Shown here piece by piece: positions 1 through 13,301 of a stretch of 64,000 nt of DNA. This stretch comes from Eledone cirrhosa (lineage: Eukaryota). A program made the translations under genes and the position numbers. Position 1 is the first letter of the stretch. Every line of letters starts with the position of its first letter. The notes beneath the pieces are model-generated. The model ran no database searches. It saw nothing but the letters and a program-made list of their open reading frames with translations, and was not told the origin of the DNA. Location: contig OZ024740.1 of NCBI GenBank assembly GCA_964016885.1, forward strand, positions 51,150,001 through 51,214,000, written 5' to 3'.

Positions 1-385
1 GTAGGAAGGGTTCTCCACTATAGAAACCATGCCAAAAAGGGTCAAAAGGACTTTTCAGCTGTGTCAACGGCACAATAACCTCTAAAGTGTTGGTGATCTA
101 CATAAATCCACCCAGTGCATGCTGTAAAGTGGTTTAAGAGTACTTTCAGTTGTATCAAAGACATAACAGCCTGCCTAGTGCTCAGCAGAATGTGGGATTG
201 TATGGAAGTGAGATGCAGGGCCCCAACCCATCTGAGAAGTCAGTAGCCCTGCTTGAGTACCGACTAAGTCTGTGAATATTTATCCAACTCTTACTGGCAG
301 GGAGGACAAGCATTAAATGATAATGATGTTGATGTATGTGTGTCTGTGTGTAATTCTAGAGTATAATTTCTTATTACAAACTAAC

Positions 386-428
<43 letters not shown>

Positions 429-606
429 AACCAATAAAACAAAACAAATACAGGGATGCAAAAATACAAAGTCTTATTAGGATCACTCTTAGAAGAAAGT
501 AGAGGAGGGTTTGGTGTACTTTGGATATAAATGTTTTGACAAGAAATGGTGAGTTTCTATAGGGAGAAAACAGATAGGTACTCCGGTTGATACTTTATTG
601 ATAGTA

Positions 607-828
607 CTTTAGTGTTCAAACTGGCCAAAACCGGCCAGAATTCTCTACCTCTTTCTGTTGAAACTGGCTGTAACTGGTCACTCAAACTGATGTTAAGGTA
701 TTGTCCTCAAAATGAATATTTTCAAAATCTCATAGATTCGATATTATGTGAGATAATTATGTGATGTAAAGTCTTTACCATGAAAATATAATAGTATATA
801 TAAAATAATGTGAATGCTAAAGGGTTAA
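607..828. mobile_element. piggyBac-like MITE (related copies at about 19445-19928 and 29467-29676)
   Basis: Ends ...GAATGCTAAAGGG-TTAA. Shares internal AAAATCTCATAGATTC..GTGAGATAATTAT with 19487-19523. The 29467 copy is TTAA-CCCTTT...AAAGGT-TTAA. Confidence 0.6.
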
Positions 829-1180
829 GGAATACATGTCATAGAGTGCTTTACATTTGTTTACGACCAAAGTCAGTGGATAATCTGATCACCAACTTCC
901 TTAAATTGAATAATATATATTTAACTTTGAAAATAAGACCAAATACTGTTAATTATATCATATTTTAATTAAAATATGATATAATTAACAGCATTTTGTA
1001 ATATTATCTCTATATGTCTACATAAACACTCGTATTAAGGAATTCATGTTTTTAAAAATTGTATGTAGCCTTATGTACAGTTTACGGTAATAAATCTTGT
1101 ATTTTTGAGCTGTTAAAATCTCTTCGCCTACCTTTATCTGTTTTCATATTTGAAAATGACTTACTCTTTATATATATAGA

Positions 1181-1525
1181 TGCACATGGCTTAGTGGTTA
1201 GAGCATTGGTCTTGCAATCGAAAGGTTGTGAGTTCAATTCTCAGACCAGGTGATGTGTTGTTTCCTTGAGCAAGACACTTTATTTCACATTGCTCCAGTT
1301 TACTCAGCTGTAGAAATGAGATGATAGGGACTGGGGTCCTTATCATTCCACTGCAAAGTGGTCGTGGAGGTGCCACAGCAAAAAAGCACCCAGCACTCAC
1401 TGTAAAGAGGTTGGTGTTAGGAAGTGCATCCAGCTGTAGAAATCAAGCCAGAATCAGTTCCCGTCCCACCCTTGCAAGTAGGGAAAAAGCGGACATAAAA
1501 TGAAATGATGATGATGATGAAATGA
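1181..1525 (+). mobile_element. tRNA-derived SINE, family A
   Basis: Head has A box TGGCTTAGTGG and B box GAGTTCAATTC. 3' end matches the RTE tail plus (TGA)n. Inserted in (TA)n. Confidence 0.88.
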
Positions 1526-1552
1526 TATATATATATATATATATAAAATAAA

Positions 1553-1643
1553 GTAAGGACGAGTGGTTACACTTTCATTACGTTTACACTCAGTCTAGCT
1601 CTACACCTCGACACAGAAGTAAACCTAAACATCGAGTGCTCAC
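1553..1643 (-). ncRNA. Type I hammerhead-like motif with degenerate core
   Basis: GTGAGCAC TCGATG- t TTAgGTTTAC..GTAAACgTAA t GAAA GTG-taac-CAC TC GTCCTTAC. Confidence 0.5.
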
Positions 1644-2020
1644 CCGAGTAAACCTACAGTAACTCCACATTATACTCCCTGGATATATATATATATATAA
1701 AAGGTAAACAGAAATAACAACACAATCGGTACAGTATATGGAAGGTATTAGAGAGAGAGAGAGAGAGAGAGAGATGTGTCAATTATGATTTGTTACTTGG
1801 CAGAATGAATTACTGAAGTTGAAAATAAGCAAGGGAATTAAGAATGGTACTGAGGAAGCATATATACAAATGCAGATGACAGTTTGCGAAAGGTACATTT
1901 AGATCGTAACTGTCATACACTCTCAATTGGAAGTACCATTGGGGAATAAAAAAGAATTACTTTAAATTAGAAGTTACAACATAAAAACTTCATTCTTTTG
2001 TAAAAAGTATTTATATATAG

Positions 2021-2350
2021 AGGCACATGGCTTAGTGGTTAGAGCATTGGTCTTGCAATCAAAAGGTTGTGAGTTCAATTCTCAGACCGGGTGATATGTT
2101 GTTTCCTTGAGCAAGACACTTTATTCCACATTGCTCCAGTTTACTCAGCTGTAGAAATGAGATGATAGGGACTGGGGCCCTATCATTCCAAAGTGGTCGT
2201 GGAGGTGCCATGGCAAAAAAGCACCCAGCCCACACTGTAAAGGAGGTTGGTGTTAGGAAGGGCATCCAGCTGTAGAAATCAAGCCTGAATCAGTTCCCAT
2301 CCCACCCTTGCAAGCAGGGAAAAACGGACGTAAAATGATGATGATGATGA
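2021..2350 (+). mobile_element. tRNA-derived SINE, family A
   Basis: Near-identical to 1181-1525. Confidence 0.88.
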
Positions 2351-5300
2351 TATGTGTGTGTGTAAGAGAGAGAGTGTGTGTAATATACATCATCATCATC
2401 ATCATCGTTTAACGTCTATCTTCCATGCTAGTATGGGTTATATATCTATCATATATATATCTGTATATAATATTTATTAAAATAACAGATTAAAGTTTAA
2501 GCAAAGAATCACTAAGATCCCGTTAAGGGTGAAAGCAGCGATTCTTTGCTTAAACTTTAATCTGTTATTTTAATAAATATTTGCTCTACGGTTCTTATAT
2601 ATTTGATATATATTTATCCTTATTGAGCCCTCTTTGGATTTTACTCTTCAAATTTATTATTATTACTATATATATATAATATATATATATGTATAACACA
2701 CACACATGTATATATATATATTATACATAGAATTATATATAAAAGTGACTGATGTTGTTTGGAAATGTAAACTATTACTAAAAGTAAATCAGAATAAATT
2801 AGAAGATAAAATAGACACTACTTAAAATACATATAGACATATTGTTTGCATGAGTTATCACAAGAGGATATGCTTATTATCCAACTGACAATTGTTTGTT
2901 CAATAACTAATGTTATAATGAATATCAACAAGAAAAGATTGTAAGAAAACAAACTAAACAATGAGATTCAAATGAATGGATCATTTCAAGAACATTGATC
3001 CATATGACTGAAAAAACACAAATTAGCTCTAGTTGTTGTTCAACCCTAATTATTTCTGTATGTCACATTACAGAAAATATGCTCATTCTAATAATTGCAT
3101 TTGTCTTTTCTTTATTTTTTCTTTATTTTTGTTGTTATTGTTGTTGCATTTTCTTGTTGTTTTTGTTTTTTTAGTAGTTTTTCTCTGAAGCTAAGAGACA
3201 AGATCCACTTTAGAAAATACACTTTTGAATAAAAGTGATTTTGAGAGAACCCCAGTAAAATGTGAACTCAAAACTGTTTCCCTCATTCAGCTGCCTTAAT
3301 CACAATAACAATAACAACAATATCCATTAGCTGTAATGAGGTTTGATTTCACACCTTTATACTTAGTGGTATAACACTTTAACTGCACAGTCATTTTAAA
3401 ATGCCTGACAGCATGTGTGGCCATGTGATTTAGTAGAAATAGCAACCAAACCATCCTTATACTACTCCCTACCATCTTAGAAAAGGAAAAACACATCAGA
3501 TAATGTAGTCTGGGATTCATTAAGTCTGAATAAATAAATAAATAAATATAAAAGCAGGGCAGTTATAGGTGAAATCCCTTTATTCATAGCTCTGATCAAA
3601 GCAACAACATTATATATAAGAAAAAGGTTAATCCTTTCCAAATCATAAGAACTTTAGTTTTCATAGTATCAAATACAAAAAAATTAACTCCTACTGGATA
3701 TGACACAAGTTTATTGGTGGCAGTTCTTTTTACAGATCAATGAAATACTCATCAGTTTGCAATAGTACAGCTCTTTATAACAGTGAATCGTACTACACAT
3801 AGAACTTATTTACAGCAACATGAACTTGACCACAGACACAATGCATTATTAATGGCAAGATAAGGGTGGTGGATTGGCAGTACAGTTGGACATTATGCTT
3901 TGCGGCATATAGTTATGGCCCTATACATTCTGAGTTCAAATCCCGCTGAGGTTAGCTTTGCCTTTCATCTTTATGGGGTTGATAAAATAAAGTGCCAGTA
4001 ATGCACTGGGATTGATTTCACTTCCCCCAAAAATTGCTGGCCTTGTGCCTAAATCAGAAACCATTCTTAGTGGCAAGATACAAAATCCCTATTCTTTCTA
4101 TTGTAGCTGATTACTTTGGTATCCTTTTGAATCAACCATTTATAGCTTTCTTACAACTGACAATTTACCTTCATCATCCAGAGTGCAAACTGAGAAATGT
4201 TTAGTGATGTCTAGTGATGAATTGTCTGAGCATGTTGAAAAGAATATCTTGCAGCCCTGCTTTCTACACTCAAAGTTCAAACCCTGCTGTGATTAACTTT
4301 GCTATTTTGGGAGCAATAAAATAAAATACTAGTCCATAGCAGGGGATTGGCAGAATTGTTAAAGTGTCAGACAAGATAACTTGCAGTATCTGTTCCAATA
4401 TTTTGTGCTCTGAATTCAAATTCTGCATGGCAATTCAAATTCTGCATGGCAATTCAAATCCCATTAAGGGCCATAGTTAATCTCCAAACTATAGGTCCAC
4501 AAATTTTGAAAGCTGCAGGGTGAAGGAGGATTGTGGCTATCTGGTACTACAGTCAAATGATGGAAAACTACATAGTGGCTTCCTTATTAACATGTAAGCT
4601 TCTGCATTTGTCAGATCTGTGGATAATTATGTCCACAAATATAACAGATACACAATAACAGAAACAACAAAATGACAAGGCTCTACTTGAGTCAACAAAG
4701 AAGACTAGCTGACAGCTCACTCTGTTAGCAATTTCAGCCAAATTTGCCTTGTATTCTACCCTTGAATCTTAAATAAGCTGATATTGAAGACTACATTCAA
4801 TAACCTAATCTTAGTTACATGATGCTTGAATAAAGGTCAGGATGTTCATGGCAAAGATGCTTTTAATCATAGATTTGTTTAATGAGAGCCAGCTCAGAGC
4901 TAAAGAACCACAACAATGATCTACTAACATAAGATGCTTTACATATTGAAGACAATGAATCACTTCTAAAGATTCAATCTGAACTAACCCAAGGATGGGG
5001 AACATCCATTTGATCTACAGGACTCTTCAAAACTAAATGAAATACTGGTCCTTCAGTATAAAAGTCAATTTATGGTGAGGAAAAATATTGTGGGTTAACC
5101 AAACCAGCACACTGACCAGGTGAATGTAGAAATGGTCAAATGGTTAAGAAGTTTACTTTGAAATCATGTGAACTCAGGTTTGATTCCATTGTGTGGCATT
5201 ATGATAAAGGTTGTTTTTTTTTTTACTTAACCTTGGGTTGATCCAAACTATGTGAGTGAAATCAGATAGACAGTGACTCTTTTGAAGCCTGTTAGCTGGA

Positions 5301-8155
5301 CTGTACCTTTAATTTAAGGGGCAACTGTATCACATTGATTCTCCAAAAGAATGAAGTTAAAGATACATGTGTCTGCAGAATATTCAGCTACTTACATTCC
5401 AATTCAATTAACAGGCTGTTTAATTGATTGAACAACTTGAACACTCACTGTCAAAACCAATGGAGATCCAATTATATATTATGCTGAATAGAGGATAAGT
5501 AAACTCTACTTGGTAGGATTTGAAGTCAAAAGGTAAAGTAATAAAACTAAATACGTCTACAGTCACTAGTCTATTTTTTTTTTACTGTTCATTGCTTTAT
5601 TGTGTTTCAATGTTGACTTCTTACATTGGTATGATGCTATAAATATATAGGAGATATGTATAGTTAACTGAAGTGTACATATTAATTGGAATTTTATTGA
5701 GGAAAGAAAGCCATAGTTGACTCAGTATTTGAACTCAGGATATAAAGAAACAGAGGTAAATATTGTTTTGAAAATAAGCACAAACACAGCAATTTTTTGG
5801 TGGGAGGGGAAAGTTGATTAACTTGACCCTAGAACTTTACTGGAACTTCATTTTATCGACCTCGGGAGGGTGAGAGGTGAAGTTGACCCTGGCAGGATTT
5901 GGACTCAGAACAAATACTGCTAAGCATTTTGTCCAACACTAACAATCCTGCCAATCCACCACCCTAACTGAAATATTGATTTATAATTTATACATAAGTG
6001 CAGCAAATATTGGGAGACGGGCAAAGTTGATTGAATCAACCCAGTACTTGACTGGTACTTTATTTCATAGAAGGTGAAAGGCAAAAGTTGACCATGGTGG
6101 GATTTGAGTTCAGAATGTAAAGCGCCAGAACAAATATTATAACGGCATTTTATCCAATGTTCTACCAATTCTGACAATCCATCACTTAAAGATAGTTTCA
6201 TGTAGTGAATTGGTAATTTCTAGAGCATTGGATAGAATGCCTAGCTGAATTTTTTTCAGCCCTCTATACTGAGTTCAAATCATCAAGGTCAATTTTGCTT
6301 TACATTCTTTTGGGGACATAAAAAAAAATCCAGGTCCAGGACGGTAAATTAGCAGAATTTATAAAGCATGAAATGAGATGCCTTAAATCATCCATTTCCA
6401 GCTCATTGCATTCTGAATTCAAATTTTGCTTTAAAGAACTTGATATTACTGCAGTCGCATAAGTAGGAAGGTTACTGTAAAGTGCTGGCATCATATCTAA
6501 TGTAAATAAGAGACTGCTTATAAAATTCTAATGAATACACAAAGCAATTAAATGTGTGATGTGAGTTCTCAAGAGTCCTATGAATCCAAAGAGGTATCAG
6601 AAGATTAATCAATGAATAGTTTGGCACTGTTATTTCTGCTACTCTACTGCCTATTACATTTTTTTTTTATTTTTGTAAATTAATTTTGAAACATTTTTAT
6701 TATTATACACGGTGGATTGGCAGTATCAGTAGAGAGTCAGACGCCATGCTTTCCAACATAGAGTTACGTCCCTTTACGGACTGGGTTCAAATCCCGCTGA
6801 GGTTAACTTTGCCTTTCATCCTTACAGGATCGATAAAATAAAGTACCAGTAATATACTGGGTAATTGCTGGCCTTGTGCCAAAAGTAGAAACAATTATTA
6901 TACAATTATTGATTTCTCATATTGGCAAACATTTATGAATTTTCAAGTGATTGATTTAATAATATCTAATCAACTCTAATACATGTCTGCTATGTATTTT
7001 ATTGAACTTATTGGATCTCTAAAATTTAACCCAGCTATATAACATCAGAAAAGAAGAAAATAGTAAAGAGTATGTAGTACAGTAGGTGATCGATTTATCA
7101 GAATAATTAGATAGGACATCTTGCAATGTTTGTTCTACAAATCCCACCAAGGTTCACTTTTCTTTTCGTCATTTTAAGATCAATAAACAAAGTGACATTG
7201 GAGTTGTCTTTCTTTTTTTTCTCTCAAGCTGTCACTACCTGAATATTTTGTTGGGTAAAGGATGAGAGAGACACGAGGATGCCTGTGCCTGTTTGAACCT
7301 AAAACCATTACAAGCTAATGCTTGGTACATGCTACCTAGTTATTATTGATTGAAAATGATGGCCATAGTATTTTTGTCAGTTCTCACTCAATCTTTTTTA
7401 TTGCTATAATTTATTACCCCAATTTTTCTTATTTCATAACTATATTATGAAGGAATGTGTATACAGATGTATGAAATTACCATTTCCATTTCTTTAATGC
7501 GGTAAACAAATCAGATACCAACATACCAGATATCAACATCCGATTCTTATCTTAAACTCACAGAAAAAGAATCTGTGAATATCTCAGTGTTTCCGTAGCA
7601 CATAACATTGCACACAAGTAGACAGTCCTGTTATGTTATCAATAACAGTTTTATTATTATTAGTATGATTAGTATTTTTATTATTTTCTCTTCGTTGCAT
7701 TGACTATATCAAACAAGTAGCTATATAGCAAAGGAGAGACTTTGGATGAATGCAAGAAATGATAGAGCAGTTGTGGGTGTGATGGATAGGGGAGAGATAA
7801 ATAGGGTTGAGAGAAAGACATGTACACAAATGAAGATAAAATTCTGCAAGTGAGAAGAAATTAGATACCACAAATAAATAAATATTTGCTCAGTAAATCT
7901 CACGTACTTCTCAACATTCCATGGTTCAAGCAAATGTGTGGCAGATTTTTCAAAGAGGAAGGAGGGAGGACATTTTTCTTTTTTTTTAGGATCAAGTTAT
8001 AAACAAATGCATGCAAGTGGGATGAGAAGCTATGAGAAGAAAATAAATATGATCACTAGTCTTTTCTACCTTTCAACATGCTAAATGAATAAACAATAAT
8101 ATGATCAGATGAACTCAAGATGGTAACATAAGATGTACAGGCTATATTGGAATGC

Positions 8156-8205
<50 letters not shown>

Positions 8206-9159
8206 CATCATCATCATTTAACTTCCACACTAGCATGAGTTTAGATGTGAATTGTCCCACTTGAGGCAAGATTGGTCAGGTGACTATGTCTTGCTCGTAT
8301 AGGACTGTCTGTATATATATATATATAAAGGTTACTCTCTTGCATCAGATAGCCAACATTGAGTTTCATTTTAGGGTTTTTCCATTGACCTATATAGCTT
8401 GTGCTCTAACTTTTAGATTTCACTAAGTCAGAATTGGAAAACAAATGCAGTTCATATAAAGCCAGTGAATTGGCAAAGCCTTTGGGGCTGTTGATAGAAT
8501 GCCTTGTGGTATTTATTCTTGCTATTTGTGCTCTCTGAGCTCCAATCCTGTCAATGTCAACATTACTTTTAATACTTTGGGGATTGGGATTGATAAATAA
8601 AGTATCAATCCAGTACTGGGTCTCTTCCTCTCTCTCTCTCTCTCGACCACTCGCTCTCTCCATCTTCTCACTGAAAGAATTTGTCTGTGGCCAGACTTAA
8701 AGCAGGATGGACTTCATCAGGCTCAGATGCCAATGACAAGGCATATATCATGATGGTGCTCCTAAAACCATCAGGGAATAAGGAGATTAGGGTTTGATAT
8801 TATGAAGCTATTTTGGGGTACAGCAGAAAATTTCCAGTAAGACTGATTCCAGATATGCAAGCTTATTTTTTAGGCACTTATTTTTTTCATGTCTGGTACT
8901 TATTTTACAAATCTCTTTTTGTTGAACAGTTAAGTAAGTTCCAGGTCATAAACAGTAAATGTAAGCACACACACACTCACATACATAAGCATGGGTGAGT
9001 GCATATATATGTGTGTGTGTATAGCTGTATGTGAATGTGCGCGTGTATGTGTTTATGTGTGTGTGTGTATATACACACACACATATACACAACAGCTACA
9101 GTTTCCATTTACCAAATTTCATTCATAAGGCATAGGTCAACCGATGACTATATTAGGAG

Positions 9160-9890
9160 GTATTTATCCACGGTGCTTCACAGGAAAAATCAGGTTCAGA
9201 ATTAATTATGAAAAGACCAAGGTGTTGCAGATAAATGCCACAGCTCAATCCCTCATTTTCATCAGACAGCAGGTTTTGAAAGACATGGACAATGTCTGCT
9301 ACTTGGGTATTGTGATCAGTAGTGATGAAAATATCAAAAGGCATGTGAATAATAGAACTGGTAAGGCAGGGGCCATATTCCAGTGCATGCATCAAATCTG
9401 GGTAACATCAAGTATAGACACTAAAATGAAAGTCAAATTCTATAGTGCAATAGTTTTACCAACAGTTCTGTATGATAGTGAAACATGGAAAATAACAGCC
9501 AATGTAGCTAAGAAGCTGGACACTTTCCATCAACGTTGCCTACAGAAGATCTCCGAAATTACCCGGGAAGACAAAGTCACAAATGAAATTCATTTATGAA
9601 ACAAGCCTCGGCTACTTCAAAACATTGTGATGATGTGTTATTTTCTACTGGCAGGTCACATTTTGTGCCTGCCAGGCACTCAACATGCAAGAACTGCAAT
9701 GTCATGAATGCTGGAGAAGGGAAAGCGATGGAGGGGCCAGCCCAGGAATACCTGGTGTTGAACATTCCAAGAGGACCTCAGACATTCAGGAATTAGTAGG
9801 ACAGATATACGGAAAACTACAGTAGATCAACCATGCTGGTTGAAGCTTGCTGTCTTGTGTACCTCAAAGCATGAGAACCCCCTAAGGCTA
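9160..9890 (+). mobile_element. RTE-type LINE fragment from a different family
   Basis: INYEKTKV...YLG...KVKFYSAIVLPTVLYDSETW...FHQRCLQKI. Confidence 0.8.
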
Positions 9891-9924
9891 AGATATATAT
9901 ATATTGTGTAAGATATATATATAT

Positions 9925-10330
9925 TGTGTTGGTGCCACAACATCCAGGCCGAAACAAATGAGATCGTGTAGGTGTCACGACAAAAAAACACACAGTCTAC
10001 GCTGTAATGTGGCCGTGTAGGCAACACGGTAAAAACCTCCCAGCCCCACACTGTAAATGTGGTTGGTGTTAGGAAGGGCATCCAGCTGTAGAAAACCCGC
10101 CAGACAGTCCACGCTGTAATGTGGCCGTGTAGGCAACACGGTAAAAACCTCCCAGCCCCACACTGTAAATGTGGTTGGTGTTAGGAAGGGCATCCAACTG
10201 TAGAAAACCCGCCAGACAGTCCTATGCGAGCAAGACAACCACTCTTGCCTCAAGTGGGAAAACCCCCGTCCAAACCCATGCAAGCGTGGAACACGGACGC
10301 TAAACCTGATGATGATGATGATGATGATGA
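9925..10330 (+). mobile_element. SINE-like element (family C) with an internal ~112-bp tandem duplication; related copies at 25421-25712 and 30517-30745 on minus
   Basis: Segment 9993-10103 is repeated at 10104-10215. (TGA)n tail. Homologous to the reverse complement of 25421-25712. Confidence 0.75.
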
Positions 10331-10366
10331 TATATATATATCTTAGCCTTAGGGCTATCGAGTTGA

Positions 10367-10446
10367 GCTCTACTGAGGATCGAATTCCAACCGTGACCAT
10401 CTCCACTGAAAGTTTTCGTGAAATAGTCTTTAAGACTATACAGAGC
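10367..10446 (+). ncRNA. Type I hammerhead ribozyme-like motif with full stem III
   Basis: GCTCT-a CTGAGGA t CGAA..TTCG t GAAA TAGTC-tttaa-GACTA TA c-AGAGC. All three stems present, cleavage triplet AUA. Confidence 0.7.
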
Positions 10447-11172
10447 ATTTGAAGTTTTTCCAAATTGAAGGATGAGTATTTTAAACTTTATTTTATCATG
10501 AGTTAAGGCTCTATTGATTTTTCCCTGGATTTCACTAAATTCTGTGGATGAATCTATATCCTGATTCTCTTTGAGATGAGTTTGAATTATTTTTCCCAGA
10601 TCTTACGTTAACTATTTTTCCCATTTTGACGCTATAGTCACTTATATATTATGGAATACTGTTGGCTTTTTGCTACAATGTTTTCTATACCTTTCATTTA
10701 TATATATATATATATATATAGCGCTAGTTTTGGTTATTTATCGGAGATTCCTTCATAGAAGCCTCATTCCTATAGCCTGGTCTATTCGATTTTTTATATA
10801 GTTAATTATGCTAATTGGGAGAGGAAATAGTATATATTTTATCTTGTGATTCTATAGACATGTTTTATGATATATAGCTCTGATTGTTTAATTTATTAAT
10901 TTTTCATTGAGCCACAAAGTGACCGGTTGCAAAACACGTATATGTATGTGTATGTATATAAATATGTAAACTTTTATATGTAATAATCTCCCACTAGGTT
11001 GAGATACAAATTTGGCTGTATTGTGCTGTGCTTTCTAGCAAAAATGCCACCAGTCGTAAGCAACTACCACACCCCTTCCAACTTGACCGTGACTACGTCA
11101 CGATTTTTAGCCATTTTGAAATGAATTCTTGGCGCGATCGTTTTGGAAAATTTAATGTCTAGATATGAGCGA

Positions 11173-11260
11173 GCTTCCTGAAGAATCCGGCGCTCGAGTT
11201 TATATAATTATTACATAATTATTGGAAAACTCAAAACACGGACGAAACCATGATAGAGGT
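11173..11260 (+). ncRNA. Type I hammerhead-like motif with long stem II, degenerate
   Basis: GCTTC CTGAAGA a TCCG..GAGTTT..AAACTC..CGGA c GAAAC-catg-aTA GAGGT. Confidence 0.6.
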
Positions 11261-11524
11261 ATTTAAATGTATTCTATTTTCTCCTAGTTTATTTTAAACC
11301 TAATTCTGCTTAGTTGACTGTATCTAGGCGATTACGCTGTCGAAATATTCGATAAATACTCCGCTACGGCCGATGCGAAGCGCTAGTTTTGGTTATTTGT
11401 CGGAGATTCCTTCATAGAAGCCTCATTCGTATAGCCTGGTCTATTCGATTTTTTATATAGTTAATTATGCTAATTGGGAGAGGAAATAGTATATATTTTA
11501 TCTTGTGATTCTATAGACATGTTT

Positions 11525-11571
<47 letters not shown>

Positions 11572-12344
11572 TTTGTGTGTGAACTGGAGAAGATTGGTCA
11601 AACCTGCTTAACCTATGCAAGCATGGAAAACAGACTTTAAAATCTGATGATGAATATGGGAGTATCATCATTTTACATTTGCTTTCTATGTTGGCATGGG
11701 TTGGACAGGTTCCCGCCATCTGAGACTCATTTTGATCATACTGGATGTTTAAAAGTATATAAATGTTATATTTATAACTGAATATGGGGAACAGCTCTAC
11801 CATAAAACAAGTGTTAATGAGAACATGACTAGACTATATTTTCATTGATAACATTTTTTTCTAGTTCGCTCTAAGATATTTAGAATTTGTTTGGGAGCAT
11901 TTAATGCTTCCATTAATGCTTCAAAACATACTCAGACTTCAATGAAATAATTTTGGTAGCAGTTATAATTATTGCTGTTGTTGAGACCAAGATCAGTTCT
12001 GATTGAGCAGACATAGTCAACAGTGTTCCAGTCATTACTGTCTCATTTTTTTAATTTTTGTATATCCAGGACTATATTATTTAATGTAGCTTTCTCTTTT
12101 TTTTTAACATGATATGGTGCGATTTATGACAGATTTGGCTGTTATTTCTAGCATATCGAGTGACCATATTGAAGTTCCCTCATTGTAGGTAAGCATCATA
12201 AAAAGTTTGTTGTCTCTGTTTCTCATTCATAATCGCTAGGCTTGGAATTTTCTGACTATTTACTTCAGCTTTCTTTCAGCAATCAAGAAACAGTTTAGCT
12301 ATGGTGTCTAGTATATATTTTTCATTATATTTTGTTATCAATAT

Positions 12345-12539
12345 GGGTAATGGGCGGTGGATTGGCAGTATCGTTAGAGGGTCAGACGCCATGGTTTGCA
12401 GCATGGAGTTACGGGCCTTTACGATCTGAGTTCAAATCCCACCGAGGTTAACTTTGCCTTTCATCCTTACGGGGTCGATAAAATAAAGTACCATTAATGC
12501 ACTGGGATGATTGCTGGCCTTGTGCCAAAAGTAGAAACA
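12345..12539 (+). mobile_element. SINE family B (related copies at about 3864-4070, 6710-6900, 30813-30990, 32693-32882, 47513-47703 on plus; 38170-38367, 40438-40617, 62125-62300 on minus)
   Basis: GGATTGGCAGTATC...GAGTTCAAATCCC...GCCTTTCATCCTTACGGGGTCGATAAAATAAAGTACC core, resembling the Deu/Nin SINE central domain. This copy has a 21-bp TSD (12324-12344 / 12540-12560). Confidence 0.85.
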
Positions 12540-13301
12540 ATTATATTTTGTTATCAATATAGCTTACAAGAAGCAATCTACATTTTTCTGTGTGGAGAGG
12601 ATAGGAGGATATAAGATAGTTGTATTATCAAATAGCTGGGTAGTTCTTTATTTTTTCTATTTAGTTTCTGTTGTGGCATACAATGTAGTACAGGGATTCT
12701 TTGTTATAGATGAATGATCCCATTATATTATTACAGAACAAAAGTAAAATTAGATATATTTCAGAAACAACCTTGGAAGTTGTATTAATAGAAAAATTGT
12801 AAACAAACCTTATCATACCAATAACATAGCCGAGTAATAAATTAATGCCCAACATAATACAGTGATCCAAGAAATTTTAATTTATTCATTTATGATACCT
12901 ATAGTCAGTAGAAGCAATTATTATCTTCATGACTAACTTTGATCAAGAAGGGCTGGGAGATAATTCTTGGAATTTAAATTAGTTAAAATTAATTACAAAT
13001 AGAATGCAGAGGGAAGTGAGTTTGATCTTTAGTAGTACAGTAACAACTTTGGGTGTGTTTTGGACTTATTAAACCTCTTCAGCAAAACATAGTCAAAATA
13101 TTACTGCAGATCTTAGAGGACTAAAGAAATATATAGGGTTTTTGTGAATGATCACTGAATGGTGTTATGGCCAAAAAGTTTATTACTGATTAAAAATATT
13201 TTTAAAAAGAACTGATATTAATTATCCTCAGCAAATATAAATTCTGATAATGAATAAAAAAAAAACAGATATAAAAATGTTATCTTGATTATGGCCTAGA
13301 G

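Noticed and set aside
1181-1255. tRNA gene
   Set aside because: The tRNA-like head continues into a multi-copy SINE body with no oligo-T terminator and a poor acceptor stem.
7562-7627. Possible 66-nt minus-strand exon (AG...GTGAGT)
   Set aside because: No polypyrimidine tract, and the peptide does not continue a PDZ domain.
8670-8730. CTGATGA on the minus strand as a hammerhead
   Set aside because: No GAAA and no convincing stem I or stem III.
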